From: Eledone cirrhosa
Lineage: Eukaryota
DNA length: 64,000 bases
Assembly (NCBI GenBank): GCA_964016885.1
Contig: OZ024741.1
Coordinates: 199,392,001-199,456,000 of the forward strand
Reading direction: 5' to 3'
Part shown: one piece after another, positions 25,466-42,632 of the stretch
Numbering within the stretch: position 1 is the first letter of the stretch
Layout of the letters: every line of letters begins with the position of its first letter
Made by a program: the position numbers and the translations under genes
Notes under the pieces: model-generated
What the model saw: only the letters and a program-made list of their open reading frames with translations
Database searches by the model: none
Told to the model about the DNA's origin: nothing

Positions 25466-26354
25466 GTAAATCCCACGCTTGATTATTCAATAACGGATCC
25501 CGAGATTTTATGTCATCTTATTCTAAAGGTTCAATACTGAAATGACAGGAATGCTTCTTATTGGATTTTACTGATGGTCAAACTGGAATTCTATATAGCT
25601 GCTGTAATTATTCTTTGATTGGTGGAAATTGTACTCTATCCTGGTTTTGTCTTGCTCTTTTGATTTAATACTTCATTTTAACATCATATACAACATATAT
25701 TCACTTACAAATAGCTACTTTTCTTTTACTCATAGTCAAATATTTTTTTATTCTTTCTATATCCTTCAAATCGTACCCTTTTATGCTGTTATCATTTGCT
25801 GTATTGATCTTCTTCTTAGACAAGCTTATGAAATTGATAAAATATATCTGTTAGCCTTTTCTCCTCCTACACATAAAAGATATATGTATGTCTCTATGTC
25901 ATTTTATTTATATATATATGATATATATGTATGTATTTATATATGTATGTATGTATTTATATATATATATGTATGTATTTATATATATATATGTATGTAT
26001 TTTTATATATATGTAAGTATTTATATATATGTATGTATTAATATATATATATATATATCTGTGTGCATATATATATATATACATAAATTAATTATATATG
26101 TGTGTGTGTATATATATATATATATTTATATATATATACACACACTCACAAATATATACATAAATGTATATATGTGTATATATGTATGTATAAATATTTA
26201 ACATCATATACAACATGGACGTTAAACGATGATGATGATGATGATGATGATTTATACTTATATATATATATGCATGCGTGTATGCTTAAAGTTACATAAA
26301 TTTATGTAAGTTTAAATATGTGTATCTCTGAATTTACTGTCATTACGAGCACAT

Positions 26355-26527
26355 GGATGTGTATATATGTATGTATATGTGTGGGTGGGTGTATGTGTAT
26401 ATATATATACACACACACATATATACATACATATATACACATCCACACATATATATATACATCCACACACACACACACATATCTATATATATATATGTAT
26501 GTATATGTGTGGGTGGGTGTATGTGTG

Positions 26528-26561
<34 letters not shown>

Positions 26562-26655
26562 TACATACATATATACACATCCACACATATATATACATCC
26601 ACACACACACACACATATCTATATATATATATGTATGTATATGTGTGGGTGGGTG

Positions 26656-26705
<50 letters not shown>

Positions 26706-26908
26706 TACATACATATATACACATCCACACATATATATACATCCACACACACACACACATATCTATATATATATATGTATGTATATGTGTGGGTGGGTAT
26801 ATGTGTATATATATATATATACACACACACACACATACATACATATATACACATCCACACATATATATACATCCACACACACACATATCTATATATATAT
26901 ATGTATGG
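26355..26908. repeat. Higher-order repeat built of microsatellites (about 4 units of 128-144 bp)
   Basis: GTATGTATATGTGTGGGTGGGT recurs at about 26369, 26497, 26633 and 26777, each followed by the same ordered (TA)(CA)(CATC) blocks. Confidence 0.9.
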
Positions 26909-27035
26909 ATTCCCAATATATATCAGGAGGTGATCTCAATTCAAAAAGGTACTCAATATGTTAGTAGAGTGTAGGCATATTTATTTTATTAGAGAAATTA
27001 CTATTACTATCCTGTAGAAATCATTTATATATATG

Positions 27036-27093
<58 letters not shown>

Positions 27094-27244
27094 GTAGGAG
27101 GTGAGTTTTATTGTAGCACAATAAAGCAATGCAAATATCGGATAAGTAGCACTCTACAGTTTGTAGGACTGGAGTATAAATAATATAAGATCAAAAGATG
27201 GATAAAATACTTGGAACTCTTTTAACCATCTTTTGATCTTATAT

Positions 27245-27303
<59 letters not shown>

Positions 27304-27424
27304 TATATATTTATAAAGGGAAGTAAGGTTCTATATATATATATAGGGAGGGATAGAGTGAGAGAGGTGGGGAAGAAATATATGTAAAATCCTGACCGTG
27401 GCGCCAAGCAGTTTCGGCTTGTGT

Positions 27425-27469
<45 letters not shown>

Positions 27470-28001
27470 TACATATGTATATGGAAACTCTATTGATTCT
27501 ACTGTTAACATTGGCTAGAAAGAAAACAAATTGTTTCTATTTACATATATACATTTGCCAAGAAATTTACATTCATTGTATATGCACTCACACACACATA
27601 TTTACATTCATTCATATATACATATACCTGTGCGTGTGTGTATATGTGTACATTCCCACATGTAATGTTTATTTTATAGCAATATTCATATACCTGTAAG
27701 TTATATAGCTTTAAGAATGTAGAGCAAGATGCTGTATATGTGCAACTGAGCACTTACATTTTTCATTTTATATTCTGAAAAATCATATAGACTATAGTAA
27801 AATAGTTTTTATGAGTCTCTCTCTTCCCCCTCCCCCTCTCTCTTATATGTGTGTGTGTGTATATATATAGATATATATAGATATATGTATGTGTGTGTAT
27901 ATATACATATTTTGTTATATGTATTACACAAAATATAATTATTATTTCTGTAATATATCTATATCTATATCTATATATACACATATATATATATACATAC
28001 A

Positions 28002-28033
<32 letters not shown>

Positions 28034-29069
28034 CATATATATATATGTGTGTGTGTGTGTGTGTATACATGTTATTTTACCTCTGTGTATGTATTTGTCA
28101 CAATCAAATATTTGACATACACATATAGATTTGTATTTACTTGCAATAGAAATTGAAGCTTATTAACAATCTGACTGCCATGAAACAACCTCATGTTCAC
28201 TACGCAGTATAGTTAGGCATCTATTTGTCATTTGAGATTCAGAAAAATAATATTTTTTAATATATTTATTTATTATTGGAGGGTATTTTTGTTTTTTATT
28301 GTTATTTTTTATCAAATGTATAAGGAAAATTGAGGAAAGAAATTTTTGAAATATTTCATATTTAGAAAATCTTTCCCAATGAGTACATATATATTGTATG
28401 GGTGTTAAATTGGCACAGTTGTTAGAACATTGGATAGAATACCTTATGATATTTGTTCCAGTACTCTGCAGTTTGAGTTCAAAACCCACTGATGTCAACC
28501 TTATCCTTCATACATTTGAGGTTGATAAAAATGTACCAGTCCAGTACTGGGGTTGGTTTTTCCACTATATCACTTTCTCGCTTTCTCTATCCAACTCTCT
28601 CTCTCTAACTTTCTTTGGAAGAAATGTGTTCACACCTAGAGAGGGGATGGGTTCCACCAGGTTTAAAATGCCCAAGACATGCCACCGTATGTTACTACAG
28701 TATCTTCACGGCTCCATCAGGAGTTACAGGTTCACACACACACATACACACACAGACACATGTAACATATTTTACAGCAAATTTGAATTTTGTAATTCAA
28801 ACAAAAAAATAAACAAGTAAAAAAGATGAAAAAATAAAAAAAATGAAATCAATTTTGTTTTCATAACAAAGGAGTTCAGCCTATTTATCAATGGCCCTCA
28901 TGTTCTGCACTACATTTACACTGTAACTTCACAAATCTTGGGCTTATGTTTCCAATTCATTAACAAATTAACTGTATTATTTACATTCATACCTAGATTT
29001 TATTACTCTTTGAAATCTTATACAAATAGGTATCTTCCGTCCTAAACATCACTAATAATAATGATGATG

Positions 29070-29490
29070 ATTTCCACTTTAGGCACAAGGCCAGTAATTT
29101 GAAGGAGAGGGGAAATTCGATTAAATTAACCCCAGTGCATTACTGGTACTTTATTTTATTGACCCCATAAGGATGAAAGGCAAAGTTAATCTTGGCAGGA
29201 TCTGAACTCAGAACGCAAAGGGTCATAACTCTTTGTCCAATGCTTTGCTGATACTGTCAATCCACTGCCCTAATAATAATAATAATAATGATTTCTAGTA
29301 TAAGCACAAGGTCAGTAATTTGGGGCGGAGGGGGAAAGTGGATTAAATCGACGCCAGTACGTTACTGGTGTTTTATTTTATTGACTCTGTAAGGATAAAA
29401 GGCAAAGTTAAGCTCGGCGGATTTGAAGTCAGAACGTAAAGGGCCATAACTCTATGCTGTAAAGCATGGAGTCTGATGCTCTATCGATAC
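29070..29490 (-). mobile_element. Two tandem Meta-domain SINEs
   Basis: Reverse complements of the 4918 family, separated by (AAT)n tails. Confidence 0.85.
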
Positions 29491-29614
29491 TAACAGTAAT
29501 AATAATTACTTTTCTAATGATGGTGACTATTGAGTTGTGTTTGTATGTGTGATGAAAGTTTGTTTCTATCTGTTTATGTGTGTGTGCTGATAAAGAAATA
29601 TAGATAAATGTGTG

Positions 29615-29669
<55 letters not shown>

Positions 29670-29954
29670 AGTAGGAATGAGGTGTCAGAGTATCATCATT
29701 TATTATTACACTCTACTTATGAAGGAAACCAACCATAGTATAACACCAAATATTTGACCCTTTAACATCTACATTACTCTATATTTACTATTGTACTTTT
29801 ACAGTAAACACTTTATCTCATATAATTATCTTACATAATATTGAATCCATGAGATTTTGATATTATTCATTTTGAGAACAATACCTTAACATAAGTATGA
29901 GCAGCTGGTTACAGCATATATATGTTTATACATATATGTGTATATGTGTGTGTA

Positions 29955-29985
<31 letters not shown>

Positions 29986-30585
29986 GTATATATATATGTA
30001 TATATGTATACCCCCCCCCCCACTCAAGCGTGAAACTAAAAACCACATCATTTGTACTGCCTCTCTGTTTTTTGTTCTCTGTTCATTTATTCAACTGTGT
30101 ATATATATCTATATACACATGCACACACAAACATATATATATATATATATATATATATCTACACATGTTAAAACTAATATACACCTTCCTTGTACTGCAT
30201 TGCTCCCTTTTTGTTTACCTTTTGTATATCTATCTATCTCTCTCTCTCTATATATATATATATATTATGTAATATAGTAAAAGCTGGTGTAAAGTAATAA
30301 TGATGGTGATCATGATGGAAAATATCTGCAAGTAAACACACATGCATGATCACAGACACACAAAGACACACATGGTTACATATGTGCACATACACACATA
30401 CATGGTCACACAGACACACAAAAACACATATACAGACCAACACATATTCACACATGTATATGTTTGACTACACAGTTTTCATGGCATACAGTGCTTTTAC
30501 ATCTTTCTCTTTCCAAGTCCAATTGATTATTTCTGTCACATCAACATAGATTTATGTGCAGACACGCACAAACACATATGTATAC

Positions 30586-30616
<31 letters not shown>

Positions 30617-30642
30617 AGCAAGCATACAGACACACATACATA

Positions 30643-31301
30643 CAAGGGTCTTGTTTCAGGGGGGTACCATGGGACAAGTCCCCCCACTTTTTCAGGAATG
30701 GGGGAACAAACCATCTTTTTTCCCCCACTTCTTTTTCCCAATTAAAAAACAAAGAAAATCCCACTAACATGTTTCATCATTCATCATCATCATCATTTCA
30801 TTTTACGTCAGCTTTTCCCTGCTTGCAAGGGTGGGACGGGAACTGATTCTGGCTTGATTTCTACAGCTGGATGCCCTTCCTAACACCAACCTCATTTACA
30901 GTGAGTGCTGGGTGCTTTTTTGCCATGGCACCTCCACGACCACTTTGCAGTGGAATGATAGGGACCCCATTTCTACAGCTGAGTAAACTGGAGCAATGTG
31001 AAATAAAGTGTCTTGCTCAAGGAAACAACACATCATCCGGTCTGAGAATTGAACTCACAACCTTTCGATTGCAAGGCCAATGCTCTAACCACTAAGCCAT
31101 TATTTGATATAATAAATTCTTTTTAAGCTTATTTTTTTATATCTCAACTTCATTTGAATATATAAAATTTAATTAGCGTAAAATTTTACTTATGTGATAG
31201 GGGCCGGGAAAGGCACCATAAGCAATACTAATATGTTCCTTTAAGAATCAACAAATGTTGGTTTGTCCCCCCTCACATTTTTAAGGCAAACGAGGCCCCT
31301 G
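30643..31301. mobile_element. hAT-like MITE with 8-bp TSD, interrupted by a SINE
   Basis: TIRs CAAGGGTCTTGTTT/AAACGAGGCCCCTG; CATACATA at 30635-30642 and 31302-31309 (flanks are microsatellite-like, which weakens the TSD); SINE at about 30776-31100. Confidence 0.7.
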
Positions 31302-31939
31302 CATACATACATTCATGCCCATATATATATATACATATATGAAATTACTATATATAGATATATACATGTGTGTGTGTATGTGTGCATATATACGCACACA
31401 CACTCACACAAACAAACATCTGTCCATATCCATATATGATGATGATAATATATGGATAGCTGTTTGAGTGCATAAGTTTGTATATTTGTGTGTGTATGTA
31501 TCTGTATCGCTGTGTAATATGTATGCATATGCTAAGTATTTTTCTGTATATTCATCTAATATTTATATGATATGCTAGATATACAAGTATGTGAGAAGTA
31601 GTTCTGTAAATATGCACTCATAAAACTAATATTAGAGTATACATGTATGTTTGTGTGTGTTTATAGATATTATATATATATATATATATATATATGTATT
31701 TTAATTATGTCTCATATAAAATAATACAACTAGCTTTCCGCAAAATACATATAGTTAGCACCCCAAACGTAAAATTGGGATTATACTAAGGTATATCCTA
31801 ATGTTTGTTGAGTGAGTTGGTAGCCAGTCAGAGTATAGCTTAAAGCTTTCTCTGTTAATGTATTGAATATATATATATATATATGCATTGGGACATGGAA
31901 ATGCTTGGTTTGGTACCCAAGCACGTGGTTAACCCACCA

Positions 31940-32240
31940 GGAGTGGGAGACTTTGTTTTTTAAGACATTATTCTAGGAGAAGGAAAACTTTCATTTAAAA
32001 CCTGATACTCAATGGCAGCCAATGATGTTGACTAGTTCTTTTTGGCTATGAGTCACCATTGTTCAGAAAGTGGGACTGGTCCTGTCCAAGGCCTTACTTC
32101 ACTTAAAAAAAGCTTCAAGCACATGAATCACTTTATCTAAATGCTATTCACATGTGTCGCGTGAGCAGAGCCTTTATTTTTTTTTCTTTTACTGCAGCAT
32201 ATGCAGAAAGGAATCTAATTTCTTGGCAGGGCTAAAAAGT
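31940..32240 (+). mobile_element. RTE-5'UTR-like interspersed repeat (copies at about 36540-36770(-) and 58020-58320(+))
   Basis: CTAGGAGAAGGAAAACT...AAACCTG..ACTCAATGGCAGCCAATGAT.TTGACT shared by three loci. Confidence 0.6.
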
Positions 32241-32312
32241 AATGTTCATGCGACATATGTATGGGGAAAAGGTGAAGGGATGGCAATTCTTGCAACTGAG
32301 ATGCCACAATTA

Positions 32313-33189
32313 TATACAAGATAGTATCAAAATGTTCCCGGACTAGTTATGTTTTAAAAAATATATATATATTTACCGAAGTTTTAACATCATCTCCTTC
32401 AAAATAGTCACCTTGTGCAGCAATACGCTCGTCCCAGCCTTCCTGCCACTTTTGGAATCCGACCTGGAAGGCATTTCCCATAAGCAAGTTAAGGGCCTTC
32501 TGCAATTCGCTCTGGATCTTGGCAATGGTGTTAAAATGGCAACCTTTGAGCTGTATTTTCAGCTTGGAGAAGAGATGGAAGTCTATAGGTGGCAAATATG
32601 GCAGGTGTTGAAGCAATACAATGTTGTTTTTAGTGAGAAGAGCTCGGTGACAGGGTGCATTGTCATTGTGAAGAATCCAATTCTTTACACTCCACAGATC
32701 TGGTCGCTTTTGCCAAACCTCCTCCCTCAAACGCCTCAAAATGTTGCAGTAGAACTCACGATTGATGGTCTGGCCCTAGGGGACAAATTCTTGATGTACT
32801 ATATTGCGGATGTCCAAAAGAATGATGGACATTCTTCCCATTTTGAAGCACCTGTGCCACCCAAAACATCGTGTACGACCCATTGCTTCATTGCCGTAAG
32901 CTTGTCGAAGCATGCTCAATGTCTCTGTAGCAGACTTCCCAAGTTGAATGCAAAATTTCACATTGGCTCCTTGTTCCATGACAAAATCACAGGCTACAGC
33001 ATGTGATCACAAAAACACAAATTTCACAACTTGTGATGTGAACACAGCAATGTCACTCAGCAATGTCACTCAGCATATTGGCGCATGAAGGTCACTGGTA
33101 GCTCTCACTGTGTATGCAACCATGTGTTGCCATCTGTTGGCATGCTACAGAACTAGTCGGGGAAACTTTTTGATAACACTTCGTTTATA
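32313..33189 (-). mobile_element. Internally deleted mariner transposon with TIRs
   Basis: MEQGANVKFCIQLGKSATETLSMLRQAYGNEAM..WHRCFK; IVHQEFVP; WILHNDNAPCH; PPIDFHLFSKLK..WQEGWDERIAAQGDYFE; imperfect TIRs ..TATCAAAATGTTCCCGGACTAGTT/AACTAGTCGGGGAAACTTTTTGATA.. flanked by TA. Confidence 0.92.
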
Positions 33190-33722
33190 TATATATATAG
33201 GGTGTTTGGCTAATTATCATATATTCAATTCTTAGCAGTGCATTGTGTCCTTGAAAAAGACACTTTTTCACATTGATCCAGTTCTCTCTGCTAGCAAAAA
33301 TTAGCTGTACCTATAATTCGAAGTGCTAGTCTTGTTACACACTGTGTCATGCTTAATAACACTAAGAACTATGTTAAGTGTAATGCTCACCTACTTGCAC
33401 ATTAATTTCGAGCAAGCTGTTCCATTACTATATATATATCAAAGCATGGAAAAGCAGATGTACAATTATAATGATGATGATGGTGATGGTGATGACGTGT
33501 GTTTGTAACAGTGTTTCACAGTTTCCATCTGGCAAATTCCACTTGCAAAGCATGGATCAACATGATACTATTATACAAAAATTGATGCTGTCTGTAGAAC
33601 CCAGAAACACATATTTACAAAATGAAATTCTTTAATTCTTAGCTGTATGGCTATGTCTCTACATGCATGTGTTCAATGAAAATGTATGTAAGTGTGTGAG
33701 TGAGTGGGTATATATATATGTA

Positions 33723-33765
<43 letters not shown>

Positions 33766-33974
33766 ATATCATCATGACTATTTAGCATCCATTTTTCCAT
33801 GCTAGCATGGGTTGGATGAGTTATCCCATTGTGAGACAAGTCAGATCTGATGACTGAATTTTGCTCATGCAGAACTGTTTCTGGCTTGGTTTTTATTGTT
33901 GGATGCCCTTCTTAATGTCAACTACATTTACAGTGTGTGCTGGATGATTTTTATCATGTCACTAACATGATCAT

Positions 33975-35300
33975 ATATATATATAAATGAAGGTTGTCTG
34001 TTCTATACAAAGCTTGACCACTTGTACTTTATGTCTGATCTTCTTGGCATGAGATCTCAAATGGTTTTTTAGTCCTGAAAGCCCTTGAAAGACCCGTCCA
34101 CAAGCAATACAATGATGTCTCATTTCGTTCTTGTTTTCACTTTGGGTTTGGGTTTGTATGTTAAGATGTCGCTTCAATCCACCACCTAATTTGCAAATTT
34201 CCTGACAAACATGGCACTGGAACTGATTCTCTGTAACAAAATTTGAATAGTCAACTTGGACTTTACTATCATGTGCTCGTTGGTATGACTTTAAGCCAGC
34301 ATTTGAAAGGCACACCTTAGGGCACACAGGGCATTTGAAAATCAACACTGGATAAGATTCATCATTAACTGTTGGTCTCATTCTTCTGCACTTTACAGTT
34401 CTGCATGTTTTACCCTCTCCATTTTAAATGCTTTAACTCCATTCTAAATGGAATTTCTCCAGGCCACTCTCTCTACTGCACATTTTTGTAGGATATATTA
34501 AGGGATTTTAAGTTCGCTTTTGAGAGGTTCTGTATCTCCTCCTTGGCTTATTATTTAACCCTTTGCCCAGCTTGAGTTTGCCATAAAACATTAGCTTGAG
34601 GATATGTCCATCACCCATATGAATCATGTGACCTGTCCATCTTAACTGATTCCTAATAAGCATAGCTTGAGTAGATGTAACTTTTGCCCTAACAAGAATC
34701 TCAGTTTCTGGAATGATTGTGTTTTAGCCAAATTTGAGTATATGCTTAAGGCATTTGTAGAGAAACTGCTCCAATATTTTAATATGCCATGTGTACAACG
34801 TGCAATACAATAGTATGGAGAGTACAAATGAAACATATACTGCAATCCTAGTCTCCAATTTAATGTGACATTGTGACCAGACTTTAATTTCAAGTCCATC
34901 AAAGTCTTTTGCTGCCTTTTGTATACGAGATGTGATTTCAGTATCCAATTTGTCACCAGCTTTTATCCTACTGCCAAGGTATTCAAAGGAGGTTATTGTC
35001 CTTAGCATTGTGCCCTTAACAAGGATTTGGAGAGTAGTTGTCTGCTCCCCAGGAGCAGGTTAATGCATTATAACAGTCTTTTTCAGACCAAACACATCAC
35101 AAGTAGATTCGAAACCACTGATCAGGCTTTTGAAGCCCTCCTCAGTGTGACTAATCAGGTCACAGTCATCTGCATATAGAAGGTCACAGATCAAAGAGGT
35201 GAAGACTTTAAAGTTGAATCTCATTCTAGTCAAATCAAACACATTGCCGTCTGTTGATATTGCAAAAGCATTTGACAAAAAAGAAAAGAATGGCTTCACT
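33975..35300 (-). mobile_element. RTE (BovB-like) LINE fragment with three C-terminal C2H2-type zinc fingers
   Basis: DLLYADDCDL..HTEEG; SFEYLGS..LDTEITSRIQKAA..F; then CPVC..GLKSYQRAH, CHVC..GLKRHLNI, CIAC..GLKNHLRSH; frameshifted. Confidence 0.85.
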
Positions 35301-35865
35301 TGTAGTTGGTATTCTGTAACAATTTAATTTTATAATTTTACAATTTTATAATTTTGCAATGTAGATCTAATAAGTCCTTTGTTAACTTTGGTGGAAAGAT
35401 TTTTTTAAAATCCTGGTTAACTTTCTGGAGAACTTTCTTGGGTGGTGATTGTCAAACTGATCTAAAGTTTAATGTGTTGGTGTATATATAAAGAAAATGA
35501 ATTTGAGTGTGTGTCTGGGGAAGTGTTAATGAGGTGTAAAATACATGTCTTTTGATGAAAAGAAAATGAAAACAAAAAGAAAAATAAGATGATTAATTAA
35601 AAGTGGTACTGGGGGGTGTTGGGGGTGAGGGAGCCGTTGTGATGGTCAGATTTTCTTAAATGTATTTTGTTGAAGAAATAAGATAAAAATCAAAGTATAG
35701 CACAAAGTTAGTGAGTGTTAAAATTTTTGGTGAGAGAGCAGTATGTGTTGTTGGTTTGGATGAGGTGGAGAAATTGCCCTCATACAGGTCAGATTTCCTT
35801 AAGTGGCTTTTGGTGAAGAAATAAGAATAAAGTTAATGAGTGTTTAAATTTTGTTGAGAAAGGTG

Positions 35866-35897
<32 letters not shown>

Positions 35898-38357
35898 TGG
35901 AAGGGGTGGTGAAAATGACCTCATACTTACACACATACATACCTCCCTACATATAAACATACACACAACATATACACATAGTCGCGTACACACACACACA
36001 GATATATATATATATATATACACACAATATATACACAAATTTACATGCATAAAAATATATACATACATATACACACACTCATATGTATACATTCCATAGA
36101 CACATGTATCCTTAGCATGTATCTCAGTGGGCCTCAGCATGATGCAGTGTGTGATAAGGTTGACCCTCCTGAATTACAGGTACAACTGTGGAACAATGTG
36201 AAATAAAGTATCTCGTTCAAGGACACCATGCACTACCTGGTTTGAGAATTGAAATCACGATCTTGTGATCATGAGTAGAATACCCCAACCATCAAGCCAT
36301 GCACCATCACATATATAAACATACATGTACACACAAACATGTATGTACATATATACATGGTGGCTGCCAACTCGTTTTCGAGTACGGCCACTACTTTATA
36401 TCCATGTAGGAGAACCCCTACCGATGCGATGAATGAGTGTGACTTTTTAGTCCAGCCAGCGACTTGAAAACTCTGGTACAAACACTATACTTGTGACAAT
36501 TATTGGCACATAATGCTGGGCCCATGGTATCATGTGACGACAAGTGCAGAGAGATCTCCAGATATAAAGCAATGCCTGTGCCGTGAAGCTTTTATAGTGA
36601 GCAAAGGCACTGCACAAAGCCAGTCCCACTCTCTTAACCAAGATGATATTTACCAAAAAGAAGAACAAGTCAACATCATTGGATACCATCAGAGTTGCAG
36701 GTGTTATATCAGAGTTTTCCTTCTCCTAGAATTCTGCCTTGACAAAGGCTAAGGGGTCATCTCTCCATGTACATATACCTATGCATACATTTACATACAT
36801 ACATGTATATACATAGATATATATATATATATAGAAATAAACGTATACATACATTTAATCACATATATATATATATCCATATATACATACACAAACACTT
36901 GTACACACTCCTATAACTACATACACATATATTCATATATACATGCAAATCAGTTCCTGTATGAGCAAGGCATGGTCAGCCGACCAGACACTGCCCACAA
37001 CAGGACAACCCGTCTAACCCATGCTAGCGTGGAAGAACGGACGTAAAACGGTGATGATGATGATGCATATATATCTATATATACGTACATATATACACAT
37101 ATACATATGCATACATCTATCTCTACACACATGCGTGCTTACATGTGCATGGATATACCAAACTGTATATATTCATACATATGTACTCAAGTATTTAAGT
37201 TCACATATACATTTTTATTACCATTTTACATCTATTTTTCATGCTGGCATGGGTTAGATTGATTGTCATATTCTGAGATTTGACAGATCAGATAACTATC
37301 ATGCTCATACATTTCATTTTGGCATGGTTTCTATGGCTGGATGACTTTCTTGATACCAACCACTTTGCAGCATTTCCTGGGTGCATTTTATCATAGCACC
37401 AGCACTACCACTTTACCGAGTGGGCTGAATGATTTTTATTATGTTACTAGCACTACTACTTTAGAAAGTGGACTGGGTGATTTTTATTGTAACACTAGAA
37501 CTACCACTTTACTACTCCAAGGCACTTGTGTCCTCAACCAGGCTAGAAAAAACAGTAATAGAGGGCGGGGTGGCAAACTACATGCTGCTTGCTGAGGGAA
37601 GAAGCCATCCCACTATGTGATATAGAGAGAAAGGGAATAAGGTTGTCATGTCTTAGACACATCTGAAGAGTAATCCTGACCTTCAATGACAGTTGTTTAT
37701 GTATTCCATAAACAACGTGTTTCAGAGAGCAGCTGTCCAACAAACATTAACAATATTTACCTTAATTTAGATAAGATAAAGGTTGGCATCATGTTGAGGA
37801 TCTGGCTGAAGAAATCCTGCTAGGACTCTGTCATTCTATCCAACCCATGCAAGCATGGAGAAATTGATATAAAAATGATGATTGATATATATATATTTAT
37901 GACTGACTAACAACATGCTTTTTCTCCTGACTAACTTTTTTCTGTTTCCTTTCTTTTCTTACTTTCGCTTATATCATCTTCTCTCACTTAAACATCTCTT
38001 CTCAGCTCTCTTTCAATGAAGAAATAGTGTCCAAAACATTAAGACTCATTTCCTTCCATATGAAGCATTAAAATAAAGATGGTGGTGATGGAAGTTGAGA
38101 CATATAATATATCATTGGGCCTTTCACCAACTACATCTATGTTAAATTTCCACTTCATACCTTATTTGCTATTGTCCCAACCATCATTCTCTGCCCTATT
38201 CACTGTACCATGCTGACAGTTACAAGGAAGGGCATTTGCTGTATTTATTCAGTCACCAATCAACATTATCGCTACCCCTCTACCTCCACACTGTCATCCA
38301 TTATCACTGTTAAACTTATTATCATTATAACTGGATCTCTCTTACTCTGCCAACCTT

Positions 38358-38542
38358 GGATTGGCAGTATCGGTAGAGGGTCAGACGCCATGCTTTGACG
38401 CATTGAGTTACGGCCCTTGCCATTCTGAGTTCAAATCCCGCCGAGGTTAACTTTGCCTTTCATCCTTACGGGGTCAATAAAATAAAGTACCAGTAATACA
38501 CTGGGTAAATTGCTGGCCTTGTGCCAAAAGTAGAAACAATTA
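38358..38542 (+). mobile_element. Meta-domain tRNA-SINE
   Basis: Similar to 4918-5098. Confidence 0.85.
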
Positions 38543-39459
38543 TATTTAACACTGCTCATGATACCTGTGTAATGGGATAGGTCATTGGACTTCTGTATAT
38601 TCAGTTCTGTCACCACCTGCCAACCATCATTCTCTCTCTATTCCTCATGAGACTCTTCATTGCAACTATATTCAATGCCAACACCATCCACTGCTAACCA
38701 TAAATTTCTCTCCCATAAGACTCTGAGCTGTCATCCACCATACTCACCATCATATCACTGTTGTTGTCCATCACCCACTCTCATTTTCTTGCAATGTCAC
38801 AGTACTAATTTGCTACAACCAGCATGCAGCTACCACTGTTCCTCTTCTTCAACTATCTTATCACTTTGTTTAAGACAGTACCTGAAAATTTTTATCTAAC
38901 CCATGCATAGAAAAATGAATGTAAAAACAATGATGATGATGATAACTATATGATATATCCTATACAAACACACATACACACATATACATGTGTGTGTGTG
39001 TAATTAAGAATGTATTGGGATAGCTAGTAAAATGCAAATAGGAAATATAAGGGTTAGAGTACATTAAAGAATGACAAAACAAAACAATAGTTTTTACCCT
39101 ATATTTCATATTTTGAGTTTAGAATTTCTTTACCAAATGATGAAAAATCAGTGAGTCTTGTTAGAAGTTATTCTTTGTTTGTGTGACTGATCTGTAGTGG
39201 AAGTAGGACAGTGGCTGTATGTGTATGTATGTATAAGAAAAACAGAAACTGTTGAAGGTTACTCCATTTACTCTTTTCTATGTATGTTTCAATTGGTTCA
39301 TATCTGCTCAACATTTATGCACCTTTACATGTAAATAATTGAGAGATGTGGGGGAGGCAGATAGTAAGGGACACATTGACCAAGAGACCTAAAATATAGG
39401 AATATACCTCCACGCTTTCATCACTAACACCCTTCTAATATTTATTTCATCATGTTACC

Positions 39460-41900
<2,441 letters not shown>

Positions 41901-42276
41901 TCTTCGATGTAGTCCAGCTAATTTTACTTTATACTTGCATGCATGCATACACAGAGAGAGAGAGGTTGAGATGTCACCACTGGTTCAGCGCAACCAGTAA
42001 GACAATTATTCAATTTAGTGCTGTCAGTTATATATATATATGGTCATGACTGCAAAGTGGCTGTGAAGGCACTATGATAAAAAGCACCCAGTACTCACTG
42101 TAAATGAGGTTGGTGTTAGGAAGGGCATCCAGCTGTAGCAATCAAGCCAAAATCAGTTCTGTATGAGCAAGGCATGGTCACCTGACCTGGCATTGCCCAC
42201 AACAGGACAACTCGTCTAACCCATGCTAGTGTGGAAAATGGACGTAAAACGGTGATGATGATATATATATATATAT

Positions 42277-42632
42277 AAGTTCTATTTAAATTGTTGGGAT
42301 ACAACAAGCAAATATTTTTATAACTGATATAAAGCACTCAACAAATAATTGGAGTAAAAATACGATATTAACAAATGGAAACTATATTTATAAAACCATA
42401 TTTATTTCATTATACATATTTCAAGGACACCAAGTTAAATTATGGTGTGCTATCCAGGAGCTTCCAACAGTAATGGTTGCATTCTTTAAGGGTATGTCAA
42501 TATTTATTTATAAAACTGCTCTATATTATATTTTATCTGATGAAAGCACACCATAATTTAACTTGGTGTCCTTGAAATATGTATAATGAAATAAATATGG
42601 TTTTATAAATATAGTTTCCATTTGTTAATATC

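Noticed and set aside
33971-34381. Host C2H2 zinc-finger gene
   Set aside because: Contiguous and co-oriented with RTE RT remnants; lacks TGEKP-type linkers
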